Shown: piece after piece, positions 18,147 through 38,531 of the stretch
Layout of the letters: the number at the start of each line of letters is the position of its first letter
Numbering within the stretch: the first letter of the stretch is position 1
From: Salpingoeca rosetta
Lineage: Eukaryota; Protista; Choanoflagellata
NCBI GenBank assembly: GCA_033442325.1
Contig: JAWQFM010000015.1
Span: forward strand, 875,254 to 939,253
Direction: 5' to 3'
DNA length: 64,000 nucleotides
Program-made: the position numbers and the translations under genes
The notes under the pieces: generated by a model
Seen by the model: the letters and a program-made list of their open reading frames with translations, nothing else
What the model was told of the DNA's origin: nothing
Database searches by the model: none

Positions 18147-20407
18147 GCTTTGTTGCTCGCATCTTGCTTTATCGCACGTGTCATCCTCATTGCTCACACT
18201 TCCATGCCATCATCATTCATCGCTTCTTCTTCCCTCATCCTCGTCACCACCGCCACCGCTACCATCGTCATGACCATCGCCGCCGCGCAGGCTATCTTGT
18301 GATTTGCATTCTGTACAAGTGGTCGACGCCGCTGGACGATTTCCCCAACCAGAGCGCGCCCTCGCTGCTGATTATGCTCATCAACATGTTCCTCCGCTTT
18401 GGTCTGCCCCCGCCCAAGGAGCAGGTCCTCTACGGCGACAAGGTGTGTGCGTGTGTGCGTGTGTGCGTGCGTGTGTGTGTGTATCTTTGCTTGCAGCACG
18501 TGTTTTTGTTGTTGCATCATGCATTGGTACACCTTCATCTCACTCGTCGCTGTCGTCCGCACTGCGTTGTTTCTTTCTGCTTCCATGTCTCTGTTTTGCA
18601 GGAGGGTAACCTGCAAGGCAAGGTGCAGATGGCGCTCGTTGTGATTGCGGTGGTGTGCGTCCCCTGGATGCTCCTTACCCGGCCCCTCATCCTCCGATCA
18701 CGCCAGAAGCGCCGCGAACGCGAGGGTAAGACAAAATCACCACCTGCTGCCTTGCACGCCTGTTGGCTGCCACACTGTCCGAGAGCCTTCTCTTTTCCTT
18801 CTCTTGTTCCTTTTGCTTCTTCTTCTTCCTCTTCCACTTCTTCCACCCTCTCTTCATTGCTTTCCTTTCCTTGCTTCATTTCTTTCTTCCCCACATCTCT
18901 TTCTCTTTTCTCTTCGCCTTCCCCTCCTGGCCCATCCCCATCCTTTGTTGTCACCGCTCTCCACCTTCATGGCGCGGCCACACCGTGCCGTGTGCTGTGA
19001 ATATGATTCCACTTCTGAGCGAACACCAAACGTTCTGCTGGTTCTACTGTACTGTGTGCACTTGATTGCTCTCTTCCCCACGTGCTTGCACAGCCCAAGT
19101 AACTCGCAACACCTTCTTGTTGTTCTTGTCCTCAAACGCCCTTGTTCTTCTTCCCTCTCCGTTCTTCTTCCGTCTTCCCCTCTATTATCGTTTTCTTCTT
19201 TTGGACCTGTTGCTTGCATGTGCAAGTGCTTTTGGGTCTGCAAGCAGCCAAGCCAGGCGTCCTTGTTTTGTAGCGTTGCATGTGTGTTAACTTGTTGCGC
19301 CCTTTTGTTTTGCATTCGATAGCTGAAGCCCGTGTGCGTGCAGGCATGCTGCAGGGAAGCGACGACGACCACGACGATGGCCATGGCGACGAAGAGGTGT
19401 GTGTGTGTGTGTGTGCGTGGGTGTGGGTGTGTGTGTGTGTGCGTGTGTACGCGGGTGATGACTGCCGCTTTGTCATTGCTCGTCTTGTTCAGCAACTCAC
19501 TCTCGACGTGCCTCCCATTCTTGCATCAGCACTCGTTTGGCGAGATGATGGTGCACCAGGCCATCCACACGATTGAGTTTTGCCTTGGCTGCATCTCCAA
19601 CACGGCGTCATACCTTCGCCTGTGGGCCCTGTCGCTTGCGCACGCCCAGCTGTCCGAGGTGCTGTGGGACATGGTGCTGCACAACGGCTTTACCAGCTGG
19701 TACCTCCTCTTTTGCGCATTTGCCGTCTGGGCCGTCCTCACCATTGGCGTTCTCCTCATCATGGAGGTGCGTGCGTGTGGATGATATGTGTGTGTGCGCA
19801 TGTGTGCGTGTGCGTGCTTGTGTGTGCGTGTGAATGATATGTGTGTGCGTGTGTGTTCGTGTGGGTGGGTGTGCGTGCGTGCTTGTGGGTTCGGATAATG
19901 ACGTTTTCGTGTGTATGCTGAACCCATTTGACTGCTCTGTTGACGCTGCTTGGTGGGAACGGGGACAACCAACCCCCCCCCCCCCTTCCCCCCAAACCTC
20001 CATCCATACGACATTCACACATGCACATTGTTTCTGTATCCATCTCCTCCTCCTCCCCCCCCCTCCTCTTCCTCCTCCTTCCCTCCACCAAACAGGGCTT
20101 GTCTGCGTTCCTGCACGCGTTGCGTCTGCACTGGGTCGAGTTCCAGAACAAGTTCTACGATGGCAACGGCTATCTCTTCACCCCCTTCCACTTTGAGTGC
20201 GTTGTCTCGCGTGTGCAGCGAGTTGCGTGCTGTTTGGGAAGCTTCTCTCTGCGTCCCCCCCCCCTGCCCCATGTTCCACTGCCACATGCTCGCACTCCTC
20301 TCACCTCATGTTTTCTGTTCGTGTCGTGAATTGATTGAAATGCCACCATTTTTTGTTTATTTTTTTGCAGGCGCGTGCTCAAGGGCCAGGATGATGACGC
20401 AGCGTAG
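13386..20407 (+). CDS. ATP6V0A: V-type proton ATPase V0 subunit a (116 kDa; Vph1/ATP6V0A family), multi-exon
   Basis: Motifs [110 protein letters not shown] (essential Arg) and [16 protein letters not shown]. Stop TAG at 20405-20407. Confidence 0.97.
15549..15708 (+). ncRNA. Candidate intronic box H/ACA snoRNA, copy 1
   Basis: Hairpin 1 (CGCTC...GAGCG closing stem), H box ACACCA (15617-15622), hairpin 2, then ACA (15703-15705) plus 3 nt. Near-identical to copy 2 in another intron of the same gene. Confidence 0.65.
18955..19114 (+). ncRNA. Candidate intronic box H/ACA snoRNA, copy 2
   Basis: Same architecture as copy 1, with H box at 19023-19028 and ACA at 19109-19111. Identity between the copies ends exactly 3 nt after the ACA. 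Confidence 0.65.
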
Positions 20408-20642
20408 ACGAGTGGCCCTCTTTTAGTTTCTCTTTTGTCTTGCCTCCCCAGCACACACCTCCACACACTTTCGCCTCGGCGCTGTTGGCTACGTGCCATG
20501 CACACACACACATGCACACACATGCATACACTCATACGCCCACACATGATGTTCCCCTTTCCTTTGTGTTTATGTTTGTTCTGAGACTACGAAGACCTGA
20601 GACTCTCCCTCCCCACACCTGTGTCAACAACAACATGTTCGC

Positions 20643-20701
<59 letters not shown>

Positions 20702-20990
20702 CCAAACACTGTGCTCACTCAAGTAAACTACCCACACCTCGATCAGCGCGTCAAAAGACGTGAAGGGCCGGGGCTTGCCACCGCCGACGCGACACGACAG
20801 ACAGAAAAGTTTGACAAAGTTCTGAAGAGTGGGCATATCTTCAAGAAATAATCGCAATAATGACGACACCATTTATGCCTTTGTTCTTCACGGTGGCGGC
20901 GTTGTGCGAACACACCACACACCAACAATAACAACCCTCTCCCTCCTCCCCCTTCCCCCCCCCCCACACACACACGTCAACCGGTGCAGG

Positions 20991-21383
20991 ATGATGCTGG
21001 GGCGGCGCATCACTGGGATGATTGGCGCAGTGCTGCTGGTGTCGCTGCTGGTGAATGGGCTCATGTATGCGCGGCACTGGCAGTCCACGACCGCGTCGCC
21101 AGTTCACGAGAGCGCCCTTGAGCATGCACGACGGCAAGCTGAGGAGCAGCAGGATCGTGCACAGGACGCGCTCCTGGCAAAAGCCGACCTGGAGAAGAAG
21201 CACGAGGACGCGCTCAAGGCGCTCGAGGCCGAACGCCAACGCCACGAGAACGAGATCCAGCAGCTCAAGGACAAAATTGAACACATCCACGACAACCACG
21301 ACCAACAACAGCAGCAACGCGACAATGATGAGCAGCAACACAACAACAACCAGCAGCAGCACCACAACAACAACAACTACCAA

Positions 21384-21427
<44 letters not shown>

Positions 21428-24400
21428 CCAGAGCAACGAGGAAAGGCACAGTGAGAACGAGAAAAGACACAGTGAGAACGACAACTTGCCAGGCGCCGTG
21501 CGCAGGGTGTTTGACGATCGGGCGGGAACATGCAAAGCAGAGACCAAGATTGTGTACGTCAAGACACACAAGACCGGGTCCAGCACGCTCACCAACATCT
21601 TCCACCGCTTTGCGTATAAGCACAGCCTCAAGGTGGTGCTGCCCAAGAGCAACGTCTTCCTCGGGTGGCCACGCAGCGCGGGCATCCCCACCTCGTACGT
21701 GCCGCTGCCCGGCGCAGAGGGCAACTACGACATCTTCTGCTCCGCACACACGCGCTACAGCCGCAAGTACATTGAGCCCATCGTGCCCAACGCCAAGTAC
21801 ATCACCATCTTTCGCGAGCCCACCTCACACTTCAAGTCGTCGTGGAGCTACTGGAACGTGCCCTCGCACATCAAGCGCGTCTCCGGCATGAGCGTGACGA
21901 TGGAGGAGTTCCTGAAGGACCCGGAGACGTGGTTCCCGCGCGGGCTCAAGGGCGACAGGGACCTGCTGCACAACAGCTTTGCCTTTGACTTTGGGTTTGA
22001 TCACACGTACACGCAGGCGGAGGTGGACAAGCTCATCGCGCACCTGGACACGTTCGCCCTCGTGCTCATCACGGAGTACATGGACGAGAGCCTGGTGCTG
22101 ATGAAGCGCAAACTGTGCTGGGAGCTGGAGGACGTGGTGTACTTTGCCCTCAAGGTGAACAAGCGCAAGCCGAAGAAGTCGCTGCCCGCAGACGTGCGTG
22201 AGCGCATCCTCAAGCTCAACTGGGTGGACGCGCAGCTGTACGACCACTTCAACAAGACGCTGTGGAGGGAGATTGCGCAGGAGAAGAACTTTGCGGAGGA
22301 GGTGGCGGCCTTCAAGCAGCTCAAGGAGCAGCTGTCCACGCAGTGCGAGCGCTGGGCCACGTGGAACGAGGACCAGCACCGCAAAGCGCTCTTGGAGGAG
22401 GAGGGGAAGCCGCTGCCGCCCAAGCAGAAGCAGTGCCACCTGGCGCAGATGGACAGCGTCGGCTTTGTCAAGTTTCTCAAGCAGATTGCGGGCGTCCCCG
22501 ACAAGGAGTGCAGCACGCAGGGCCAGCCCAAGAAGAAGATTGTCTATGTCAAGACGCACAAAACTGGCTCGAGCACGCTTACCAACCTGCTGCACCGCTA
22601 CGTCCACAAGTACAACCTGCGGCCCGTCCTGCCCAAGAACGACATCTTCCTGGGCTACCCGAACAAGGAGGCCCTCATGTCCTCGTACGTCAAGCTGCCG
22701 CCCGTGCACGGCAAGGACGAGTACGACGTGCTGTGCAGCGCGCACTCCATCTACGACCGCCCGCGCATGGACAAGCTCGTGCCCAACGCCGCCTACATCA
22801 CCGTGCTGCGCGACCCGGCCACCCAGTTTCTGTCGTCGTGGAAGTACTGGCACGTGACAGACCACATCAAGTCGCGCACGGGCAAGGACGTGACGCTGGA
22901 GGAGTTTGTGGACAACCCAAACGCGTACCGGCAGTACCTGTCCGAGGGCGACCATCGCCTCATCCACAACTCGATGGCGGTGGACCTGGGCCTGTCCAGC
23001 TCGCCGACGCGGGAGGAGGTGGAGACGCTCGTGCGCGACCTCAACTACCACTTTGACATGGTGATCATCACGGAGTACTTTGACGAGTCGCTCATCATGC
23101 TGCGGCGGCAGCTGTGCTGGGAGAAGGAGGACATCCTGTACCTCTCGCTCAAGGTCAGCAAGCAGTCGAAGAAGGGCGGATACGAGGTGCCGGCTGCCTT
23201 CCGCGCCAAGGTTGCGCAGTACAACTGGGCAGACGCGCGGCTGTACGACGCGCTGAACCAGACGCTGTGGTACCGCGTGCGCCACGCCATTGGCTTCCAG
23301 CAGGAGCTCGACTGGCTGCGGCAGGAGAAGGAGCGCATTGCGGACCTGTGCCAGCCGTTCACCACCATGGGCGACAACATGCACCGCAAGGCCGTCATGG
23401 AGCACCCGGACAGCGTGGACGAGGACGAGCAGCTGTGCCACCTCATGATGCTCGACTCGCCAGGCTTTGTCAAGATGCTCAAGGCAAAGTACGGCAAGGC
23501 GGACCAGGAGTGCCACAACCAGCCGCGCGATCCACGCTCCATCGTGCTCTCCTCCGTGCTGCGCACACCGCCGGGCCTGGCCATTGCACGCGTGGCGCAG
23601 CGCATGCAGCTCACGCGGCCAACGCGCACCGTCGTCGCTGCCGAGGGCGTGACCAGCATCGGGTGGCCCGAACACGCCACGACGGAGGCCGACCTGAAGG
23701 CGCGCGTATGGAACAGCGGGTCGCGCGGGCCGGGCACGTTTGTCGGCGTGGATGTGCCGCTGAACAAGAAGCTGCTTGCCTCTGTTGTGCACAACCCGTA
23801 CATTGTGATTGTGGTGGCCAACCCCACGGTGACGCTGGCGACGGTGTGGGACGAGCTGGGCGCGGGCGATGTGCTGCGCGAGGCGACTGGTGGTGATGTG
23901 TCGTTTGCCGACTACGTGCGCAGCCCATCGACATATGCCTCGCACCTCGACTCCACCACGGTGGCCCGGCTGAAGAACCCGCTGGCCCGTGCGCTCGGGT
24001 ACAATGGCGACGGCAGGCGGTCGAGCGTGAACACGTTTCTGCGCGACCTGACCAAGGAGGTGGGCACGTTTCTGATTGGCGACCACTTTTACGAGTCTGT
24101 AGTGCACTTCCGCCGCGTGTTCTGCCTGCCGAGCGACGCGTTTGTGGTGGAGGAGCCCGAATTGCCGCCACACGTGGAGGAGGACTGCAAGGACAGGACG
24201 GTGATGAAGGCCGTGGAGGCGCACAGCCCTGTTGACGCAACCATCTTCAGCACGCTCAACTCGACGTTCTTCCGACGGCTGCAACGGGAGGTGCTGCTGG
24301 AGAGCGAGATCAGTCAGGTGAAGAAGCACACCGCGTCTTTCGAGAAGGACTGCGCATACATGAAGCTTGACATTCACCAGCGACACGACGACGCCTTGAG

Positions 24401-24539
24401 CATGCTGACCGGTGCTGGTGCTGCTGGTGCTGCTGGTGCTGCTGGTGGAGGTTCGAAGCCGACGACGCAGCAGAAGCGGTGTGTTGCGATGGGGTTGAAC
24501 ATGCAGGAGCTTGACGAGGCAATCAGGAAACGGCACTAG
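20991..24539 (+). CDS. Type II membrane galactose-3-O-sulfotransferase-like protein with two intact and one degenerate sulfotransferase domains; coding region intronless
   Basis: N-terminal TM (ITGMIGAVLLVSLLVNGLMYA), then a coiled-coil/polyQ stem. IVYVKTHKTGSSTL (5'-PSB loop) occurs at about 21550 and 22540. TIFREP/TVLRDP, ITEYMDESLVLMKRKLCW/ITEYFDESLIMLRRQLCW and NWVDAQLYDHFN/NWADARLYDALN follow each copy. Confidence 0.9.
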
Positions 24540-25037
24540 TAGTAGTGTGATGTGATCTGCTGTTGTGTTGTTATGTTTGTGGTTGAGTCTATGTGTTTGT
24601 GTTTGTGTTTGAGTTTATGTGTGTGTTTGTTGTTGTGTCTGTTGTGTGTGTGGGTGTGTGTGTTTGTTGTTGTGTCTGTTGTGTGTGTGTGTGTGGGTTT
24701 GTTGTTGTGTTTGTGTGTGTGTGTGTTTGTTTGTTTGTTTGTGCGTTTGCGTATGCAGCTGTAGTTACCGTGCTATCGTCCTGACAAGACAAGATTTGTT
24801 TGAATGCATTTCATGCGTGCGCTTGCTTTGGGCATTGTCCATGGGGTGTTCACCAGCACGTACATTCATAAACAACAACGGGAACGCTAACAGAGTGAAG
24901 TGGCACAGCCACAATCACAGTGAGGGCATCCAAGACGAGTTGACTACAGAATTGACAGGGGAGTGTGCATGTGCACGATCACAACATCATGTGGATCTGC
25001 ACGTTGCAATGGAAGCATTATGTGCTTGCAACGGTTG

Positions 25038-25294
25038 TCATGGTGGCACTTGTGCGCATAGCGAGCTGCTCTTGGCGGCAATGTGCTCTCGGATGAGCTG
25101 GACAAGTTCACGAGCAGAGGGGACGGCGAAGGGTGTGACAGCACGGCGTTGGGTCACTTTCGATCTCTTGCGAGGTGATGAAGAAGTGGATGCCATTGAT
25201 GCGGTGTTGTTGTTGTCGCCGCTGTCATCTGCACATGCTTTTCTCCTCTGTTCGCTGCCATGTTTGACACCCTCACGATTGTTGTCACCACGAC

Positions 25295-25349
<55 letters not shown>

Positions 25350-27081
25350 GTTGTCGCTGCTCTGTATCTCCTTCACAATCTCCTTCATGTCATCGATCCA
25401 TGCATTCACCGCGCACTCGAACTCGGGTTCGTCCAAGCGCTGTACGTGTGTGTGTGTGTGTATGTGTGTGTGTGTATGTGTGTGTGTATGTGTGTATGTG
25501 TATGTGTGTGTGTGTGTGCCTGTTTGCGTCGATAGGAGGCCACTGCAGTGAGAACAAAACATCATATCACTGACATTTCCGCCGTCCGTCTCACACACCT
25601 GGAAGATGGCGGTGCAGGTGTTGAGAATTGCGCGTGCAATTGGCGTCGGTGCCCATGCGAGTGTTTCCCGCGCGTGTACAACGGAGACGGGTGGGCCCGT
25701 TATCGAGGGAAAATACTGCACAGCCGACGCGTGCACAAGGACATCCTACTCAGCATGTGTGCCAGGGAGAGGGAGGTAAAATGACATGTAAGACGAACGA
25801 CATGGCGCAGACAAGACGCCACTGCACACGTGCACCTGTGGGGTATCCATCCACACACGCGCGCGCGCTCACGGAGCCGTAAGTACACACACACACACAC
25901 ACACACACACTCACTCACACACACACACACACACACACTCACTCACTCACACACATACACACACACACACACGCACGCGCACGCACACACACACGCACGC
26001 GCATGCGAAAATTTACTCGTGTTCGTACCGGGTCAGCAGCGCACGCGTCTGCAATGTATTTGACAAACTGACGAACGGTGATGGCGTCCTCACAGGCGAG
26101 ATTTACGGCCGTGTGCTGAGTGATGACAGCGAAATGAAGGACAGGAAGCACATTGGAGTAGGGTGAGGGGGTGACGATTGTGGGGGGCACGATTTCGGGC
26201 ATTGTATGAAACCCACGCGACATGTACGAGCAAACACACACACACTCACTCATATACACACACACACACACACTCACTCACTCACTCACTCACTCACTCA
26301 CTCACTCACTCACTCACTCACTCACTCACTCACTCACTCACTCACTCACTCACTCACTCACTCACTCACTCACTCACTCACTCACTCACTCACTCACTCA
26401 TTCACACACTCACTCACTCACTCGCTCATTCACACACACACACACACACACTCACTCACTCACTCACTCACACACTCACACACACGCAGCACAGGTTCCC
26501 ACCGACAAAATCACACCTGTGGGTCGTGCCATGCGTGATCAGGGACGGTGTGTGGCTGTGTCACGAGCCGCGCAACGAGTATGGCCACGTCGTGCGAATA
26601 CACGAAGCGAACCCGCTTGTCTGCAACGTCACGCGGAAGCAGTAATGGCAGGCGCAGGTGGTGCGACGCGATGGCGTTGGCCGCAAATGCAATGAACCGG
26701 TCTGTGCTGTCACGAGGCCCAATCACATCTGCAAGCCTGCACGCACACGCACACACGCACATATGGGAGCAAAAGCGTTGACGTTTTGTGCATGCGCGCG
26801 CAAGTGTGAGCTCGTACACGTGACTGTGAACGCAAGACGTGCAAGTCTTGCTGTGTTGCTCCCTCTTTCCCTCCCTCCCAACACACGCACATATGCACAC
26901 ACACACACCTAAGGATGAGGTGGGGAATACGGCGGGCCGCGCACTGCTGTCGCACCGCCTTTTCCGCCTTCAACTTCGCATGCCCATAGCTGTCCCTGTT
27001 GCGGTGATGTGCATCGTACACAATGCTGTCAAAGGGGATCATGCAAAAAGATACTTGCATGATGCTCCCACTTTATGCACC

Positions 27082-27171
<90 letters not shown>

Positions 27172-28125
27172 TACAACCACACACACACGCACACATCACG
27201 CAAACACACACATAACGCAAACACAAAAACACACACACATCACGCAAACATGCACACATGCAAACCTGCACATACACGCACAACTGCACACCTCCGTTTG
27301 AGTCGTTTCCTTGCTTTGGTATTGGCTGGGCGCGTCGCCATGTGCTCGTGAACTTCACGTTCTTCACCATGAGAGCGCGAGCGCTCCTCGGCTCCGGCGC
27401 AGACCTCATACACAGAGTCTGTGCTGATGAAGATATATCGCTCCACGGATATGTCGTCCACAAGCACGTGCTCAAACACGTCGTTGACCCAGGCGGGCTT
27501 GTAGCCACTGAAATCAAGAACGGTCCATCTACAACCAGCATCGCGTCTGCTGTACGTTTGCAACGCTTCACAGGGATCAAACCAGAGAAGCTGTGAGAAT
27601 TAAGGGGGGTGGGAGATCATCGTGGCTTGTGCCCACAAGAACAAGCGGACGCCGTGCATGAGCAGGTCTCACTTTTGCGCAGTCTATCCAGTCCCTTTTT
27701 CTTCTTGCGATCTAGTTTTACGTGGTGCTGGTTTGCCTCCACCTCAGGCGGCAACAACCAGTCATGCCTGTGGACGAGGGCTCAGTGGTGCGGAACACGA
27801 TCACACACAACGAACAGCGGGAGCCAGTTGAGTAACATGCAACTCGCCATGCACGCTTGAACTGCGACCCACAACAGACAACAAGAACGCTTGAACTGCA
27901 ACACACACACACACACACACTCACACACACACACACACACACACACTCACGCACATCCACAAACATGTTGACCTACCGTCCTCGGTTTGCGGTGATGATG
28001 GGACCGATGGGGCGCTGCCGGCTTTCAACTGGCAGCAGCAGCAGTGCTTCCAGGGCTGCTGCACCCAAGCATCCGTTGCCGCCCAGCACAAGCAAAGAGC
28101 AGCTGGCACCCGTCTCCTCACTCAT
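25038..28125 (-). CDS. Atypical short-chain dehydrogenase/NAD-dependent epimerase family protein, multi-exon, with an acidic C-terminal tail
   Basis: LLVLGGNGCLG (GxxGxxG), ITANRG, VLDFSGY, RYIFISTDSVYE, SYGHAKLKAE (YxxxK), LRLADVIGPRD. A poly-Asp tract lies in the last exon. Confidence 0.8.
26270..26400. repeat. (CACT)n tetranucleotide microsatellite
   Basis: Direct reading; lies in an intron of the SDR gene. Confidence 0.97.
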
Positions 28126-28755
28126 CTTCTGTGTCCGGGAATCGATTTGCCAATTGCACCGGATTCGCAAATTGCACGACTGAATTCAGTTGTATCGCTT
28201 TCGTCAAGGAAGAAGAGGACAACAACCACACACAACGACAAGCAGCAGACTTGCGTTTGGGGATCGCAACAGAACGAACAGCAGCACACCGCAGCACACA
28301 CACGACGCTGTTCCTGGTTGGTTGTCATGTCACATCACGTCGCCGCTTCCGCTGTGTGTGCTTGTACATTGCTTGATTGGTGCTCGTGGGGTGCTGTGGT
28401 GGCATGACATCCAACCGTGTGTGATCGTGTTGTTTGTGTTGTGTTGTGCATGTTGTGTGTTGAGGCTTTGTGCAGGCTATGCTTTGTTTGTCCATCCTTT
28501 GTGACTGTTGTTGTTGGCGTCTTTGTTGCCTTGTTCGGCGTGAACCAAGTATGCAAGCCACCATCTCACTCGTCTGCGATGCACTTCTTGCTCCTGCCGC
28601 GTATTGTTTGTGGTGCAGTGAACTGGCAAAGTGTGCTCGTGGACGGAGAGCGGGGTCGCTGTGCGAGTTGTGAGCATTTGAGGGCTTGTGTGTTGCATGG
28701 TGTTGCGGGTGTTACGCGTGCGTGAGAAGGTGGTGGTGGCACACAGCAGAGAGCC

Positions 28756-36711
<7,956 letters not shown>

Positions 36712-37045
36712 TCACGGGCGAGTGGAGAGCGTGGCATGGGGTGTGGTGTATGGTAGGATGTGTGTGGGATGTCGTGACAGTCGAAGTGGCTTCACTTTTT
36801 CTTTGGCTGACTATTGTGTATGAGATTCGATGTTGTATTAATAGAGGTTTTGTGTGCATGCTGTTTATTATCCATGCATGGAATCTATTTGTCTTTGGCG
36901 TGTTATTTTTTTCCGTTCAACGAACAAAAGCGAAAGCAACAACCAACCGACAAAGAAGAAGCAAAAGCTGCCGACACACACACACCGTCGCAAGAAGCAG
37001 TTAGGCACACAGACAGCGCGGAAGAGAGAGAACCAAGCACGCATC

Positions 37046-37445
37046 ATGGCTGAGGCATACATTGAGAAGCAGTTGGCAAACGCCCGCGGAGATGATGAGG
37101 ACGTGTGGAAGGAGGTGCAAACCTTGCACAACAGAAAGTGCGTAGGTTTGATCGAGCGTACCGATGGATGTGGTGGTTGGTGTGCAGTGTGTGTGTGTGT
37201 GTTTGTGTAGGTGTGTGCGCGTATGTTGTGTGTGTGGGTGTATGCGCGTGTGTTGTATGTGTGTGGGTGTGGAGGTGTGTGTGTGTGTGGGTGTGGATGT
37301 TTGCAGGCTTGCTTTGCTTGGTGAGGCGTGTGCTCACGGCCCTCCACTTCACTGCCTGTTGTTTGCCTTAGGCTGTGGCATCAGCTTTCTGTCAAGATCA
37401 CAGAGATGCTGTCCAGCGACTTGTTTGCGTCAGGCGGCATGGTCG

Positions 37446-37522
<77 letters not shown>

Positions 37523-38335
37523 CGCGTGTTTGTTGTGTGTGTGTATATTTGTCTCCCTGGTCTTCTGCCTACTTGTCTCCCTGTCTGTCTGTCTTTGTCT
37601 CCCTGCATCCCATTTCGTGCCAACCATCCTTTGCCTAACTTATCCTTGCTCATTTCATTCCCACTTGCTATGTGCCCACCGTTGTGGCAACTGCTTGCAT
37701 TCAACAACAACACAGTTGCACGACAGCTTCATTGTCCACTTCTACGACAGGTTGGGGATTTCTGATCCATGATCGTCTTGCCGCCCTGTCAAACCTTGTT
37801 CCTTGCGCGCCTTCACACTGCCCTCTCCACATTCACTCGTTCACATCAACTCATTTTCGCCAACACATGCACTGTCGTGCACACTCGCCCCGCAACGACC
37901 AGAATCAACCTGCAGACATATGCAAAGATGTGCCTGACCGTGGCCACCCAGTACGAGAGTGAGTTGCACACATGTATGTGTGTGTGCATGTGTGTGTGGG
38001 GGGGGGGGGTGTGAAGTTGCTCTCAGTGCTTGCTGTCGGTACTTGATTAAAACGTTGACACGATGCTGATCCCCCACTTCTTTTTTCCCATTCTCCTTCT
38101 CCCTTGTCCTCTTTTTCTGCTCCCCCTTCTCCTTCCTCTCCTCCGCCTCACATTTACATGTTCATTCGCCACCACACAGGCCCACACGATGCACTCGCGT
38201 TCTTCGAGCAGTGCCTTGAGCGGGTATGCATGCAATCACATGTTTGTTCGTGCTTGTGTGCGTGTGTGTGTGTGTGTGTGCGGGTATGCATGCAATCACA
38301 TGTGTGTGTGTGTGCTTGTGCGTGTGTGTGTGTGC

Positions 38336-38378
<43 letters not shown>

Positions 38379-38490
38379 GTACGGTTGTTANNNNNNNNNN
38401 NNNNNNNNNNNNNNNNNNNNNNNNNNNNNNNNNNNNNNNNNNNNNNNNNNNNNNNNNNNNNNNNNNNNNNNNNNNNNNNNNNNNNNNNNN

Positions 38491-38531
<41 letters not shown>

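Noticed and set aside
19886-19926. Intronic hairpin TGGGTTCGG...CTGAACCCA with a CTGA (box D-like) motif
   Set aside because: It is only about 41 nt and has no good box C, so it is compatible with chance.
21825-24536. 903-aa antisense ORF opposite the sulfotransferase (and a 601-aa ORF at 41238-43043 opposite the phosphatase)
   Set aside because: These are shadow ORFs expected from GC3-rich codon usage on the coding strand and show no recognisable motifs.
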